Assembly: GCA_963827865.1 (NCBI GenBank)
Contig: CAWHCO010000001.1
Location: 111,304 to 175,303 of the forward strand
Source: an uncultured bacterium
GTDB taxonomy: Bacteria > Actinomycetota > Acidimicrobiia > Spongiisociales > UBA4744
Direction of reading: 5' to 3'
DNA: 64,000 nucleotides
The translations under genes were made by a program, and so were the position numbers. The notes under the pieces were generated by a model that saw only the letters and a program-made list of their open reading frames with translations, did not search any database and had not been told where the DNA came from. This document shows, piece after piece, positions 1-9,515 of the stretch (position 1 is its first letter; each line of letters begins with the position of its first letter).

Positions 1-2
1 AG

Positions 3-308
3 ATATTCCCGCAGCTCGAGTCGTACCGGATCACCCACAGCTGGGGCGGGAAGCTCGCTGCGACATTCGATCTGCTGCCCCACATCGGGACGAACGACGG
101 CATCTGGTATGCGATGGGCTACGGCGGCCACGGCGTAGCGCTCGGCACCTACCTCGGCATCGACGTTGCTGGGATGATGACTGGCGAGCTGGCGTCCAGC
201 CCGTTCGCCGAGATCCCCTCTCCAACGCGGTGGTACTACCGGAAACGTCCGTGGTTCTTGCCGTTCGCCGCTTGGGGATACCGAATCCTCGACCGGTTCG
301 GTCGGTGA
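3..308 (+). CDS. FAD-dependent oxidoreductase (DAO/PuuB-like), C-terminal part; gene begins before the window
   Basis: Frame open from base 3: ...SWGGKLAATFDLLPHIG...WYAMGYGGHGVALG, the C-terminal signature of DAO-family/gamma-glutamylputrescine oxidase-like flavoproteins. Confidence 0.8.
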   Translation: MFPQLESYRITHSWGGKLAATFDLLPHIGTNDGIWYAMGYGGHGVALGTYLGIDVAGMMTGELASSPFAEIPSPTRWYYRKRPWFLPFAAWGYRILDRFGR

Positions 309-336
309 ATAGTCTGGGACGAGACGGAGGAGCACG

Positions 337-1824
337 GTGATCACACACTGGATCGGTGGCAAAGCGCACGAGGGACACACCGCGTCCGTGGGAGACGTCT
401 ATGACCCTTCGACCGGACAGGTGGTCGACCGGGTCGCCTTCGCGACGGTCGGTGACGTCGACGATGCAGTGGCAGACGCTCTGGAGGCGTTCGGCGAGTG
501 GCACGACTCCTCGCTGACGGCCAGAGCGCGCATCCTGTTCGCCTATCGGGAACTGCTCTCACACCAGGCAGACGATCTCGCGAGGATGGTCTCCCGGCAA
601 CATGGCAAGACGCTCCCCGACGCCCAGGGCGAGGTGGCACGGGGCTTGGAGGTCGTCGAATTCGCGTGCGGTATTCCACACCTTCTCAAAGGCGACTTCT
701 CGCAGAACGTGTCACGCGGCGTTGACACGTTGACCATCCGCCAGCCGCTCGGCGTTATCGCAGGCATCACCCCGTTCAACTTCCCAGCGATGGTCCCCAT
801 GTGGATGTACCCGATGGCGATCGCCACGGGCAACACGTTCGTGCTGAAACCGTCGGAGAAGGATCCATCGGTCTCGCTGATGCTCGCCGAGCTGTTCACG
901 GAGGCAGGACTGCCGTCGGGTGTGTTCAACGTGGTCCATGGCGACAAGGTGGCGGTGAATCGACTGCTCACCCACCCCGACGTGAGAGCGGTGAGTTTCG
1001 TGGGATCGACACCGATCGCCCGTTACGTTCATCAGACCGCCACCGCTTCCGGAAAGCGCGTCCAGGCGCTGGCGGGTGCCAAGAACCACATGGTCGTCTT
1101 GCCGGACGCCGACATGGATCTCGCTGCCGACGCGGCCGTATCGGCCGGTTTCGGATCGGCAGGCGAGCGCTGCATGGCGATCTCGGTCCTGGTGCTGGTC
1201 GGAGGCACCGCGGACGCTCTCCTGCCCAAGATCGAGGAACGGATCGCTCGCTTGAAAGTAGGTCCGGGGCTGGATCCCGATTCGGACATGGGACCGCTGG
1301 TCACACCCCAGCACCGGGATCGGGTGGTCGGATACATCGACAAGGGGCTCGACGAGGGGGCGACTTTGCTCGCCGACGGCCGGACGATTCAGGTCTCGGG
1401 CCACGAAGAGGGGTTCTTCGTCGGACCCACCCTGTTCGATCACGTGACCACCGACATGACGATCTACCGTGACGAGATCTTCGGGCCGGTGCTGTCGGTC
1501 GTGCGTGTGGAGACGTTCGAGGAGGCGATCCGCCTCGTGAACGACAACCCGTGGGGCAACGGAACCGCCGTGTTCACGAACGACGGTGGTGCCGCCCGGA
1601 CGTTCCAGTCGGAAATCCAGGTCGGCATGGTCGGTGTCAACGTGCCGATTCCTGTCCCGTTGAGCTTCTACTCGTTCGGCGGGTGGAAGGAATCGATCTT
1701 CGGCGACCACGCGATCTATGGACCCGAGGGAATCCACTTCTACACGCGGCCGAAGGTTGTGATCACCCGATGGAGCGACCCGATCCACCGAGGCGTCGAC
1801 CTCGGCTTCCCCCAGAATCAGTAG
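337..1824 (+). CDS. mmsA: CoA-acylating (methyl)malonate-semialdehyde dehydrogenase
   Basis: 495 aa ALDH with ITPFNFPAMVPMWM, AKNH, SAGERCMA catalytic Cys and YSFGGWK; SD GGAGGAG before GTG. Confidence 0.92.
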   Translation: MITHWIGGKAHEGHTASVGDVYDPSTGQVVDRVAFATVGDVDDAVADALEAFGEWHDSSLTARARILFAYRELLSHQADDLARMVSRQHGKTLPDAQGEVARGLEVVEFACGIPHLLKGDFSQNVSRGVDTLTIRQPLGVIAGITPFNFPAMVPMWMYPMAIATGNTFVLKPSEKDPSVSLMLAELFTEAGLPSGVFNVVHGDKVAVNRLLTHPDVRAVSFVGSTPIARYVHQTATASGKRVQALAGAKNHMVVLPDADMDLAADAAVSAGFGSAGERCMAISVLVLVGGTADALLPKIEERIARLKVGPGLDPDSDMGPLVTPQHRDRVVGYIDKGLDEGATLLADGRTIQVSGHEEGFFVGPTLFDHVTTDMTIYRDEIFGPVLSVVRVETFEEAIRLVNDNPWGNGTAVFTNDGGAARTFQSEIQVGMVGVNVPIPVPLSFYSFGGWKESIFGDHAIYGPEGIHFYTRPKVVITRWSDPIHRGVDLGFPQNQ

Positions 1825-1834
1825 GGGAGGGTTT

Positions 1835-1994
1835 CCTCCCCCAGGCGGAGCCCGACGTTGGGGAGGTGGCCGCGAAGGCCGAGGACGGAGGGGGTGGTTC
1901 CCACCAACTGAGCCCGCAAACTACCCCCCTACCCCAGCGGCCGCGCCGGTGCGGTACTTTCCCCCCAACGTCGCCCTTCGGGCTCCTGGGGGGA
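1835..1994. repeat. Imperfect ~160-bp inverted repeat (REP/MITE-like) between convergent genes
   Basis: Left arm CCCCCAGGCGGAGCCCGACGTTGGGGA pairs with right arm TCCCCCCAACGTCG...GGGCTCCTGGGGG. Confidence 0.65.
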
Positions 1995-2017
1995 CCTATG
2001 GGTGAGCGAAGCTCGCC

Positions 2018-3451
2018 CTACGTCTTGATCATCACGTGCTTGGAGACCGTGTAGTCGAGCATCGCCTCCTCGCTGAGGTCCTTGCCGAAGCCCGATTCCT
2101 TGAACCCACCGTGCGGAAACTCCGAGGTGACCGGGAGATGGTCGTTGATCCAGACGGTGCCGAAGTCGAGCGCTGCGGACACCCTCATCGCCCTGCCGAT
2201 GTCCCTGGTCCACACGGACGCGGCAAGCCCATAGGTGACGTCGTTGCTCAGTCGGATCGCCTCCTCCTCCGTGTCGAACGGCAGCACGACGAGCACCGGT
2301 CCGAAGATCTCACTCTGGACGATCTCTGAGTGTTGGTCCGCGTCGGTGATGACCGTCGGCGAGAAGAAGTACCCTCGGTCGAGACCTGCGGGAACGTCAC
2401 CACCAAGTACTACCCGCGCCCCCGCTGCGGCCGCCCGCTGGACGAACCCGCCGACTCGCTCACGGTGGACCTGCGAGATGAGTGGCCCCATGGTCACGTC
2501 CTCGTCGTACGGATCGCCGACCTTCACACCGGCCATCGCCTCGACGATCGCCTCGACCGCTGCGTCGTAGTGGTCGCGTTCGACGTAGACCCGGGTCGCC
2601 GCGGTGCAGTCCTGACCCGAATTGGTGGTGGCCCCTTCGGTGGCGCCGACCGCGAGGGCGTCGAGGTCCGCGTCATCGAACACCAGCAAGGGCGCCTTGC
2701 CTCCGAGTTCGAGGTGGACTCGTTTGAGCGTCTTGGCGGCAGTCTCCATCACCTTTCTGCCTGTTCCCGTCGACCCTGTGAGTGACACCATGCGAACGTC
2801 GGGGTGCTCGACGATCGCCTGCCCGGGAACCGCGCCACCCGTAATGACGTTGAACACCCCATCGGGGAACCCGGCCTCCTTGGACAGCTCGGCGAGCATC
2901 AGCGTGGTGCGAGGCGTGGTCGGCGCCGGTTTGAGCACGATCGTGCATCCTGCGGCCAGCGCCGGTCCGATCTTCCAGACGCCCATGTTCAGTGGGTAGT
3001 TCCACGGGGTGATCTGTCCCACCACACCAACGGGCTCGCGCCGCAGGATCGACGTGTAGCCCTCCATGAAGTCCCCGGCGGCGGTTCCCGCCCAGCTTCG
3101 TGTGGCCCCCGCAAAGAACTTGAGGTTGTCGACGGAGAACGCAACGTCACCTTCGAGACTCATCGAGCGGTACGGTTTGCCGGTGTCCTCGGTTTCTACC
3201 CGTGCGAAATCCTCCGCGTGCTCGTCGAGGAGTTGCGCGAGCCGGTAGATCATCTGGGATCGTTCCCCTGGACTCAACCGTCTCCAGTCGGGAAACGCAC
3301 GCGACGCTGCAGCGACCGCCTTGTCGACGTCGGCGGCGTCTGCCTCGGCAACCTCCTCGGTCCGCTCCCCCGTTGCCGGATTCTCCAGTTGGCTCGTCGC
3401 CCCGTCGGAGGACTTCTCCCAGCGCCCGTCGATCCACATACCCCAGCTCAT
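2018..3451 (-). CDS. Aminobutyraldehyde/aminopropionaldehyde dehydrogenase (PatD/Prr-like)
   Basis: ALDH motifs QITPWNYPL, LELGGKAP, NSGQDC, HGGFKESGFGKD; start moved to ATG 3451 (MSWGMWIDG), which overlaps the upstream stop (TGATG). Confidence 0.85.
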   Translation of the reverse strand: MSWGMWIDGRWEKSSDGATSQLENPATGERTEEVAEADAADVDKAVAAASRAFPDWRRLSPGERSQMIYRLAQLLDEHAEDFARVETEDTGKPYRSMSLEGDVAFSVDNLKFFAGATRSWAGTAAGDFMEGYTSILRREPVGVVGQITPWNYPLNMGVWKIGPALAAGCTIVLKPAPTTPRTTLMLAELSKEAGFPDGVFNVITGGAVPGQAIVEHPDVRMVSLTGSTGTGRKVMETAAKTLKRVHLELGGKAPLLVFDDADLDALAVGATEGATTNSGQDCTAATRVYVERDHYDAAVEAIVEAMAGVKVGDPYDEDVTMGPLISQVHRERVGGFVQRAAAAGARVVLGGDVPAGLDRGYFFSPTVITDADQHSEIVQSEIFGPVLVVLPFDTEEEAIRLSNDVTYGLAASVWTRDIGRAMRVSAALDFGTVWINDHLPVTSEFPHGGFKESGFGKDLSEEAMLDYTVSKHVMIKT

Positions 3452-4707
3452 CAGTCCTCCTTGGCGGTCTCGGCGAGGGCTTCCTCGAAGAGCCCCAGCG
3501 CTTGGTCGATCTGCTCTCTCGTCACGATCAGAGGCGGAATCCATCGAATGACGTTGCCGAAGGGTCCGCAGGTGAGCATCAGCAGCCCCCGCTGCTCGAC
3601 AGCCTTCTGCACCTGCTTGGCACGGGCCGCGTCGGGTTCGCCGTTGGCCGTGAACTCCGTGGCCACCATCAGCCCCTTGCCTCGCACGTCACCGATCGCC
3701 GGATAGCGTCGCTGGAGATCGCCAAGTGCGCTCATGAGGTCAGTTCCGAGGGCGGCGGCGTTCTCGACGAGTCCTTCCTTCTCGATGACGTCGAGAGTCG
3801 CGACGGCCGCCGCGCAGGCGACGGCATTCCCTCCGTAGGTTCCACCTTGGGAGCCGGCCCATGCCCGTTCCATCAGCTCGGTGGAAGCGGCGATCGCGGA
3901 CAGCGGAAACCCGGAGGCCAGCCCCTTGGCGGTGATCAGCACGTCCGGGTGTACGTCGTAGTGCTCGTGACCCCAGAAACGTCCGGTGCGACCGAACCCG
4001 GCCTGGACCTCGTCGATCACGAGCAGGATGCCGTGGCGGTCGCACCGTTCCCGCAGGCCTTCCAGGAAGCCCGGTGTCGCCGGAACGTAACCTCCTTCGC
4101 CAAGGACCGGCTCGACGAAGATGGCTGCGGTCTCTCGTGGTGCCGACTGGGTGGCGAACAGGTAGTCGAGTTCTTGAAGCGCGAACGCCGTGGTCGTCTC
4201 CTCGTCCCAGCCGTACCGGTACGCGTAAGGGAATGGCGCTACGAACACGCCCGCCATGAGCGGCTGAAGGCCGGCCCGGTAGGCGGCTTTGGAGGTGGTC
4301 ATCGACAGGGCGGCCGTGGTGCGTCCGTGGAACGACCCCTGAAACACGATGAGATTCGTCCGTCCGGTCGTCTGTTTGGCGAGCCTGGTCGCGGCCTCGA
4401 CGGCTTCGGTTCCTGCCGACGCGAAGAACAGGGAGTCGAGATCGGAAGGGAGCACGTCTCCCAGGCGTTCCGTCAGTTCGAGGAGTGCAGGGTGCAGAAC
4501 GGTCGTGTACTGGCCGTGAATCAGCTCACCTGCCTGGCGTTGGGCGGCTTCGACGACAGCCGGATGGCAATGACCGGTGTTGGTAACACCGATCCCGGAT
4601 GTGAAGTCCAGGTATCGGCGCCCTTCGGCATCGAACAGGTAGACGCCTTCACCCTTGACAGCGGTCACCCCGGTTGCCTGGGTGAGCAGTGGAGTAAGTC
4701 TTGTCAT
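3451..4707 (-). CDS. Class III PLP aminotransferase (4-aminobutyrate/beta-alanine aminotransferase-like)
   Basis: YLDFTSGIGV, SFHGRT, EPVLGEGG, DEVQAGFGRTG, TAKG (PLP Lys), GTYGGN. Confidence 0.9.
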   Translation of the reverse strand: MTRLTPLLTQATGVTAVKGEGVYLFDAEGRRYLDFTSGIGVTNTGHCHPAVVEAAQRQAGELIHGQYTTVLHPALLELTERLGDVLPSDLDSLFFASAGTEAVEAATRLAKQTTGRTNLIVFQGSFHGRTTAALSMTTSKAAYRAGLQPLMAGVFVAPFPYAYRYGWDEETTTAFALQELDYLFATQSAPRETAAIFVEPVLGEGGYVPATPGFLEGLRERCDRHGILLVIDEVQAGFGRTGRFWGHEHYDVHPDVLITAKGLASGFPLSAIAASTELMERAWAGSQGGTYGGNAVACAAAVATLDVIEKEGLVENAAALGTDLMSALGDLQRRYPAIGDVRGKGLMVATEFTANGEPDAARAKQVQKAVEQRGLLMLTCGPFGNVIRWIPPLIVTREQIDQALGLFEEALAETAKED

Positions 4708-4718
4708 CGTGGTGCCTC

Positions 4719-6134
4719 CTAGCCGAGGTGAACGAAACGGAGCTGGGTCATTTCATGCACCGCGTACGCAGGGCCTTCTCTGGTGTTGCCAGAGTCCTTG
4801 ACGCCGCCGTACGGCTGCTGATCTGCGCGATAGGTGGGGACCTCGTTGATGAGCACTCCGCCGAAGTGAAGCTGCCGAACGGCTTTCAGCGCCTTGCGCA
4901 GGTCCGTGGTGAAGATCCCGGCGTGGAGGCCATAGTCGCCTGTGTCGGCGATATCGAGTGCCTCTTCAAACGTGGAGTAGGAGATCACGGCCACCACGGG
5001 TCCAAACACCTCCTTCGCACAGAGGTCGACCTCGAGCGGGACATTGTCCACGAGCGTCGGCATGAGCAGTCCGTCCGCCAGCACACCACCTGTCACCACG
5101 CTGGCGCCGTCGGCGACTGCCGAGTCGATCCAGTCGAGGACCCGCTGTGTTTCTTCGGGCGAGATCAGTGGACCCACGTCGGTCGTTTCATCGAGAGGGT
5201 CGCCGACAACGAGCGTTCCGATCGCCTCCGCGAGAATGTCGACAAAACGGTCGTGGACCGATTCGTGTACGAGGATCCGTTGGGTCGAGATGCAGCTCTG
5301 GCCGGCATGGGAGAACCCCGCAACCCGCACCTTGGAGGCAACCAGATCCAGATCGGCGTCCGGTTCAACGATCAGCGGCGAGTTCGAGCCCAGTTCCAGC
5401 GAAATCTTCTTCCGCGGTGCCTGTGCCGGGATACGCCAGCCGACGGCAGGGCTCCCCGTGAATGTGACCAGCGCTGGAATCGGGTTGGTGATCAGCGGCT
5501 CACCGACGTCCTTGCCAGAACCTGTCACAACCGACACCCAGTCGGCCGGCATACCGGCTTCGATCAGCAACTCGACGAGCATGATCGACGAGAACGGTGT
5601 CGAGGACGCAGGCTTGAGGACGACGGGACAGCCGGCGGCTATGGCAGGCGCGAGTTTGTGGGCGACGAGATTCAGCGGGAAGTTGAATGGCGTGATGGCG
5701 GCTACCACGCCGATCGGAACGCGCAAGGCGAACGCGAGTCGCCCAAATCCGGACTGGGAAGCGTCCATCGGGATCATCTCGCCGGTGAGCTTCCTGGCCT
5801 CGGCAGCAGCGAAGGTCAGTGTATCGACGCAGCGGGCTGCTTCGCCACGCGCGGTCCGGATCGGCTTGCCGGCCTCGAGTGCGATCGTGTGGCCGAAATC
5901 GTCGATTCGCTCGGAGACGAGCCTTGCGGCCCTCTCGAGGACTTCCGCTCTGCGGTACTGAGGGAAGTCATCTCTGGCCAGCGCCACGGCTGCGGCCTCG
6001 CAGGCGGTCACGACGGTCGCGGCATCGCATGCTGGAACGAGCCCGATCACCTCGTTCGAGTAGGGGTTGGTGACCTCAATGGATCGACCAGTAGTGATTC
6101 GTGTGCCGGCGACACGCACCGGTGTCTGCTCCAT
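4719..6134 (-). CDS. NAD(P)-dependent aldehyde dehydrogenase
   Basis: ITPFNFPLNL, LELGSN, GQSC catalytic Cys, EVFGP, YGGVKDSG. Confidence 0.9.
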   Translation of the reverse strand: MEQTPVRVAGTRITTGRSIEVTNPYSNEVIGLVPACDAATVVTACEAAAVALARDDFPQYRRAEVLERAARLVSERIDDFGHTIALEAGKPIRTARGEAARCVDTLTFAAAEARKLTGEMIPMDASQSGFGRLAFALRVPIGVVAAITPFNFPLNLVAHKLAPAIAAGCPVVLKPASSTPFSSIMLVELLIEAGMPADWVSVVTGSGKDVGEPLITNPIPALVTFTGSPAVGWRIPAQAPRKKISLELGSNSPLIVEPDADLDLVASKVRVAGFSHAGQSCISTQRILVHESVHDRFVDILAEAIGTLVVGDPLDETTDVGPLISPEETQRVLDWIDSAVADGASVVTGGVLADGLLMPTLVDNVPLEVDLCAKEVFGPVVAVISYSTFEEALDIADTGDYGLHAGIFTTDLRKALKAVRQLHFGGVLINEVPTYRADQQPYGGVKDSGNTREGPAYAVHEMTQLRFVHLG

Positions 6135-6283
6135 TCCGCCTCCTTGTCATTCTGAGGATATCCGCCTGGCTTCACCCGCTGCTGGTTCAGAGGCGGCTCA
6201 AGTGCAGAAACGACCAGCCGCCCAACAGATGACCCGTGGTAGTACGAGGAGACGATCGTTGGTCTATCCGAAGGCATGTCGGC

Positions 6284-7177
6284 ATGACGGTGAAGAGGTT
6301 CCGGCAGTTGGGAGTCCTGGCTCTCTCGCTCGCCCTTGCCTCCTGCGGCTCATCCACCGACGATGCCGGCGCAGTGGGTACCACTGTGGCCGGCCAGTCC
6401 GCGAACACGACCGTGGCGCGAACCACGACCACCGCCGCCCGACCGTCGCTCGTCTGTGAGGACCCTCCTCCCACTCAAGTAGCCCTCGGCTCCTCGACGG
6501 ACTCGTCGACCGACGCCGATGTCTGCTTCTACGTCGGGTACGTTCCGCCCGAAGTGGACAGTCTTGCGTTCCAAGTGACCGGCTTGACCGCCGATCTGGA
6601 CCTCTTCGTGGGCTACGGGTTCTTGACGACCCTCCAGTACCCGGGTCTGGGCGAGTACTGGACATCGAAGGAACTCGACACCACTGACGAGAGCATCACC
6701 ATCAACGAACCAGGCCCTGGTCCTTACTTCATCAAGGTGGGACCGGAGAAGGGCCCCGCCTCGTCGCCGTTCACCCTCGCCGTATCCACGACCCCCGAAT
6801 CTGTCGCTCCACTCACCACTGTCACCATCCCGGACCCGGATGTCTGCGCTGCTCCGGCGACTGAGATGCTGATCGGAGATTCGCTCCATTCCGAAGTCGT
6901 GGGCAGGTCGGAGGCACCGACGGCCCGGCAGTACTTCTGTGTGCAGGTCCCGGACGGGGTGGCATCCATCACCGTCGACCTCACCGGTCTCTCCGGCGAC
7001 CTGGATCTGTTCGTTCGCCACGCCAACCTGGCCAAAGTATGGACCGACCGCTCGAGGGGCACTGATACACGGACCGTCACGATCGACGAACCCACTGCCG
7101 GCGCCTACTTCATTGACGTCGCCTCCGCCTATCCGAACGCGTCATCCACATTCATGGTGTCTGTCTCAGGCTCCTAG
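6284..7177 (+). CDS. Lipoprotein with two PPC (pre-peptidase C-terminal)-like beta domains
   Basis: Signal plus lipobox LASC, Thr-rich linker, two repeats of the LTGLxxDLDLFV...PxAGxYFIxV pattern; start taken at ATG 6284. Confidence 0.65.
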   Translation: MTVKRFRQLGVLALSLALASCGSSTDDAGAVGTTVAGQSANTTVARTTTTAARPSLVCEDPPPTQVALGSSTDSSTDADVCFYVGYVPPEVDSLAFQVTGLTADLDLFVGYGFLTTLQYPGLGEYWTSKELDTTDESITINEPGPGPYFIKVGPEKGPASSPFTLAVSTTPESVAPLTTVTIPDPDVCAAPATEMLIGDSLHSEVVGRSEAPTARQYFCVQVPDGVASITVDLTGLSGDLDLFVRHANLAKVWTDRSRGTDTRTVTIDEPTAGAYFIDVASAYPNASSTFMVSVSGS

Positions 7178-7307
7178 TACCCGGTGCAGGATCGACAAGC
7201 ACCCTACAGAACACTGCAGTGACTAGTGCCGACCATTCATGATGAGACCTGCGAGCAACCAACTCATGGCCTAAGCCTCCCAATGAACTACTCGCTACCC
7301 TTGATGC

Positions 7308-8489
7308 ATGAGAGTCGATCCAGCTCTCAGGGCGGCTGCCGCGCTGGCGATCGCGCTCGTAGCTTCGTGTACGCCGTCGACCGTCGAGTCGACAACACTC
7401 CCATCGACGCCGGCATCGACCCCACCCGCGACGACGGCCCCTTCGGAGACGACGGCCCCTCCGGGGACGACGACCACAACCCCCGAGTGTGGTGACCTGA
7501 TCCCTGAATCGATCAAGAACGAGGTCCGTCAGTACGTCGATGCCGAACTGAACATGGGCATCGTCATAGGCGTCGTCAGCCCCTGCGGACAGGACGTCTT
7601 CGCGTACGGCGCGTCGACCCTGGAAGGGGGCAGACCGCTGGATGAGGACACGGTCTTCGAGATCGGCTCGACGGGCAAGTCGTTCACGGGCATCCTCCTC
7701 GCCGACATGGTCCAGCACAACGAGCTGTCGCTTTCGGATCCGATCGAGGAGTACTTGCCCGCCGACGTGACCGTGCCCACGTACGAGGGTCGATCGATCA
7801 CCCTCGTCGATCTTGCTACACACACATCGGGGCTGCCGAACATCCCGGACAACCTCAACCCCGCCGACGAGTTGCGACCTTACGCCGACTACACATTCGA
7901 CCAGATGTACGAGGAGCTCGGCCTCGTGGAGTTGCTGACCCCGCCTGGGTCCGAATACCTGTACTCGAACTTCGGGATGGGTGTACTCGGCCACATCCTC
8001 GAGTTGCGAACCGGTATGAGTTACGAGGAGCTGGTGACCTCCCGCATCACCGACGAGTTGGGCATGCCCGACACGAGGGCCACGCTCACTCCCGACATGG
8101 AGAGCCGTCTCGCGCTCGGCTACCGGGGCAAGGTCGTCTTCCCGTTGTGGGACAACCCGACGCTCGCCGGAGCGGGCGAGCTGCGCAGCACCGTACGCGA
8201 TCTGCTCACCTACCTCGCGGCGAACCTCGGCCTCCAGGAGTCCGATCTCTATGACGCGATGCAACTGACCCACCAGCGGTTCCACCAGGCGAACGACATC
8301 TACGACATCGGTTTCGGCTGGCACATCCGGCATCGAAGCTACGGGGAGGTGGTCGAGGACATTGGAGCGACTGGCGGCTACTACTGCTACGTGGGGTTCC
8401 TCGAGGACAAGCAGGTCGGGGTCGTCGTGCTCACCAACACGTACCACAGCGTCGACCAGATCGGCTTGGACTTGCTTGCCAAGTCGTAG
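7308..8489 (+). CDS. Serine hydrolase, beta-lactamase class C/PBP family, lipoprotein
   Basis: Lipobox VASC; FEIGSTGK (SxxK), LATHTSGL, YSN motif. Confidence 0.88.
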   Translation: MRVDPALRAAAALAIALVASCTPSTVESTTLPSTPASTPPATTAPSETTAPPGTTTTTPECGDLIPESIKNEVRQYVDAELNMGIVIGVVSPCGQDVFAYGASTLEGGRPLDEDTVFEIGSTGKSFTGILLADMVQHNELSLSDPIEEYLPADVTVPTYEGRSITLVDLATHTSGLPNIPDNLNPADELRPYADYTFDQMYEELGLVELLTPPGSEYLYSNFGMGVLGHILELRTGMSYEELVTSRITDELGMPDTRATLTPDMESRLALGYRGKVVFPLWDNPTLAGAGELRSTVRDLLTYLAANLGLQESDLYDAMQLTHQRFHQANDIYDIGFGWHIRHRSYGEVVEDIGATGGYYCYVGFLEDKQVGVVVLTNTYHSVDQIGLDLLAKS

Positions 8490-8496
8490 CTGCGAA

Positions 8497-8616
8497 CTAG
8501 GTGTCTTCCGTCTTGTGCCGGGCCTCGTTTGCAGCGAACGCGATTCGAGTGACCACAACGGCGACGAGGATCGAGATCAGAATCAACAGCCACGGATTGA
8601 TCTTGCGGGACCTCAT
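8497..8616 (-). CDS. 39-aa single-TM small protein (not in ORF track)
   Basis: MRSRKINPWLLILISILVAVVVTRIAFAANEARHKTEDT*, preceded by SD AGGAGGAG. Confidence 0.55.
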   Translation of the reverse strand: MRSRKINPWLLILISILVAVVVTRIAFAANEARHKTEDT

Positions 8617-8662
8617 GCTCTCCTCCTGTCCTCGAAGCTACTCGCTCCAGGGAGAAGTCCGT

Positions 8663-9418
8663 TCAGTGTGGTTCCTGCACCCGCATCGCGGCGAGGGTGA
8701 CCGTCTCGACGAATCCAAGTGACAGTGCGAGGCGGCGCGAACCCATGTTGTCCCAGCTGCAGCGATACAGCGGAAGCCGACCCCGGTCGAAGATGTGCTG
8801 GCAGAGCGCCGTGACGGCGGCGCTCCCCCATCGTTTCCCCCGCAGGTCGGGACGGGTGGCGATCGCAATGTCGGCGAAACCTTCGCCGTACTCGAAGGGC
8901 CGTTCGCTGGCGTAGGCGCCGATCCTGCCCTCGCGATCGACGAGCGCCACGATGAGCGGGTCGAGGTTGTCGAGATCGAGATCGGCCTCATCGGCATCCG
9001 CCGGGCCGACCGTCGCTATTAGGTCGCCGATACGTGCCCGATGGGTGGCATCCTCGCCATCGAGCACCGAGACGCTCGCACCTTCTGGGAGATCGACGGA
9101 ACGTAGCATCGAGGCATCTGCAACGTGGATCCAGCCGCCACCTTCGAACTCGAATCCCTGGGTCTTCGCCCAGCCGGCGAGTTCCGAAGGGCGAAACGAC
9201 TCCGTGGCATCGACCAACGATCGAACGAGGTCAGCAACGGCAGGATCGCAGTAGACGACGGTGTGAACTCCAATCTGATAGGTCGACGCGCGTCTGGTTC
9301 CCTCGCGGTCCTCGACCGGGGCGATCGTCGTACCCGGACCGTCAAAGAGAGTCGCCTCAACGCACCCGTAGCCGGCCAGGCCCGCGCGAAGGTGATGCTC
9401 GATCTCACGGAACCGCAT
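8663..9418 (-). CDS. GNAT family N-acetyltransferase
   Basis: C-terminal IAIATRPDLRGKRWGSAAV and LYRCSWDNMGSRRLALSLGF acetyl-CoA binding motifs. Confidence 0.8.
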   Translation of the reverse strand: MRFREIEHHLRAGLAGYGCVEATLFDGPGTTIAPVEDREGTRRASTYQIGVHTVVYCDPAVADLVRSLVDATESFRPSELAGWAKTQGFEFEGGGWIHVADASMLRSVDLPEGASVSVLDGEDATHRARIGDLIATVGPADADEADLDLDNLDPLIVALVDREGRIGAYASERPFEYGEGFADIAIATRPDLRGKRWGSAAVTALCQHIFDRGRLPLYRCSWDNMGSRRLALSLGFVETVTLAAMRVQEPH

Positions 9419-9447
9419 CCGGCGAGGCTAGCCGCCCCTGCCAATCC

Positions 9448-9500
9448 GCGAACCCAGGGCTCAGGGGATCGGAGAGCGGTTCCCCGAGCCCTGGGTTCGC
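9448..9500. terminator. Long GC-rich hairpin (terminator or REP-like)
   Basis: Perfect 15-bp arms GCGAACCCAGGGCTC (9448-9462) and GAGCCCTGGGTTCGC (9486-9500), between the kinase stop and GNAT start. Confidence 0.55.
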
Positions 9501-9515
9501 AAGAACGTGGCCCGG

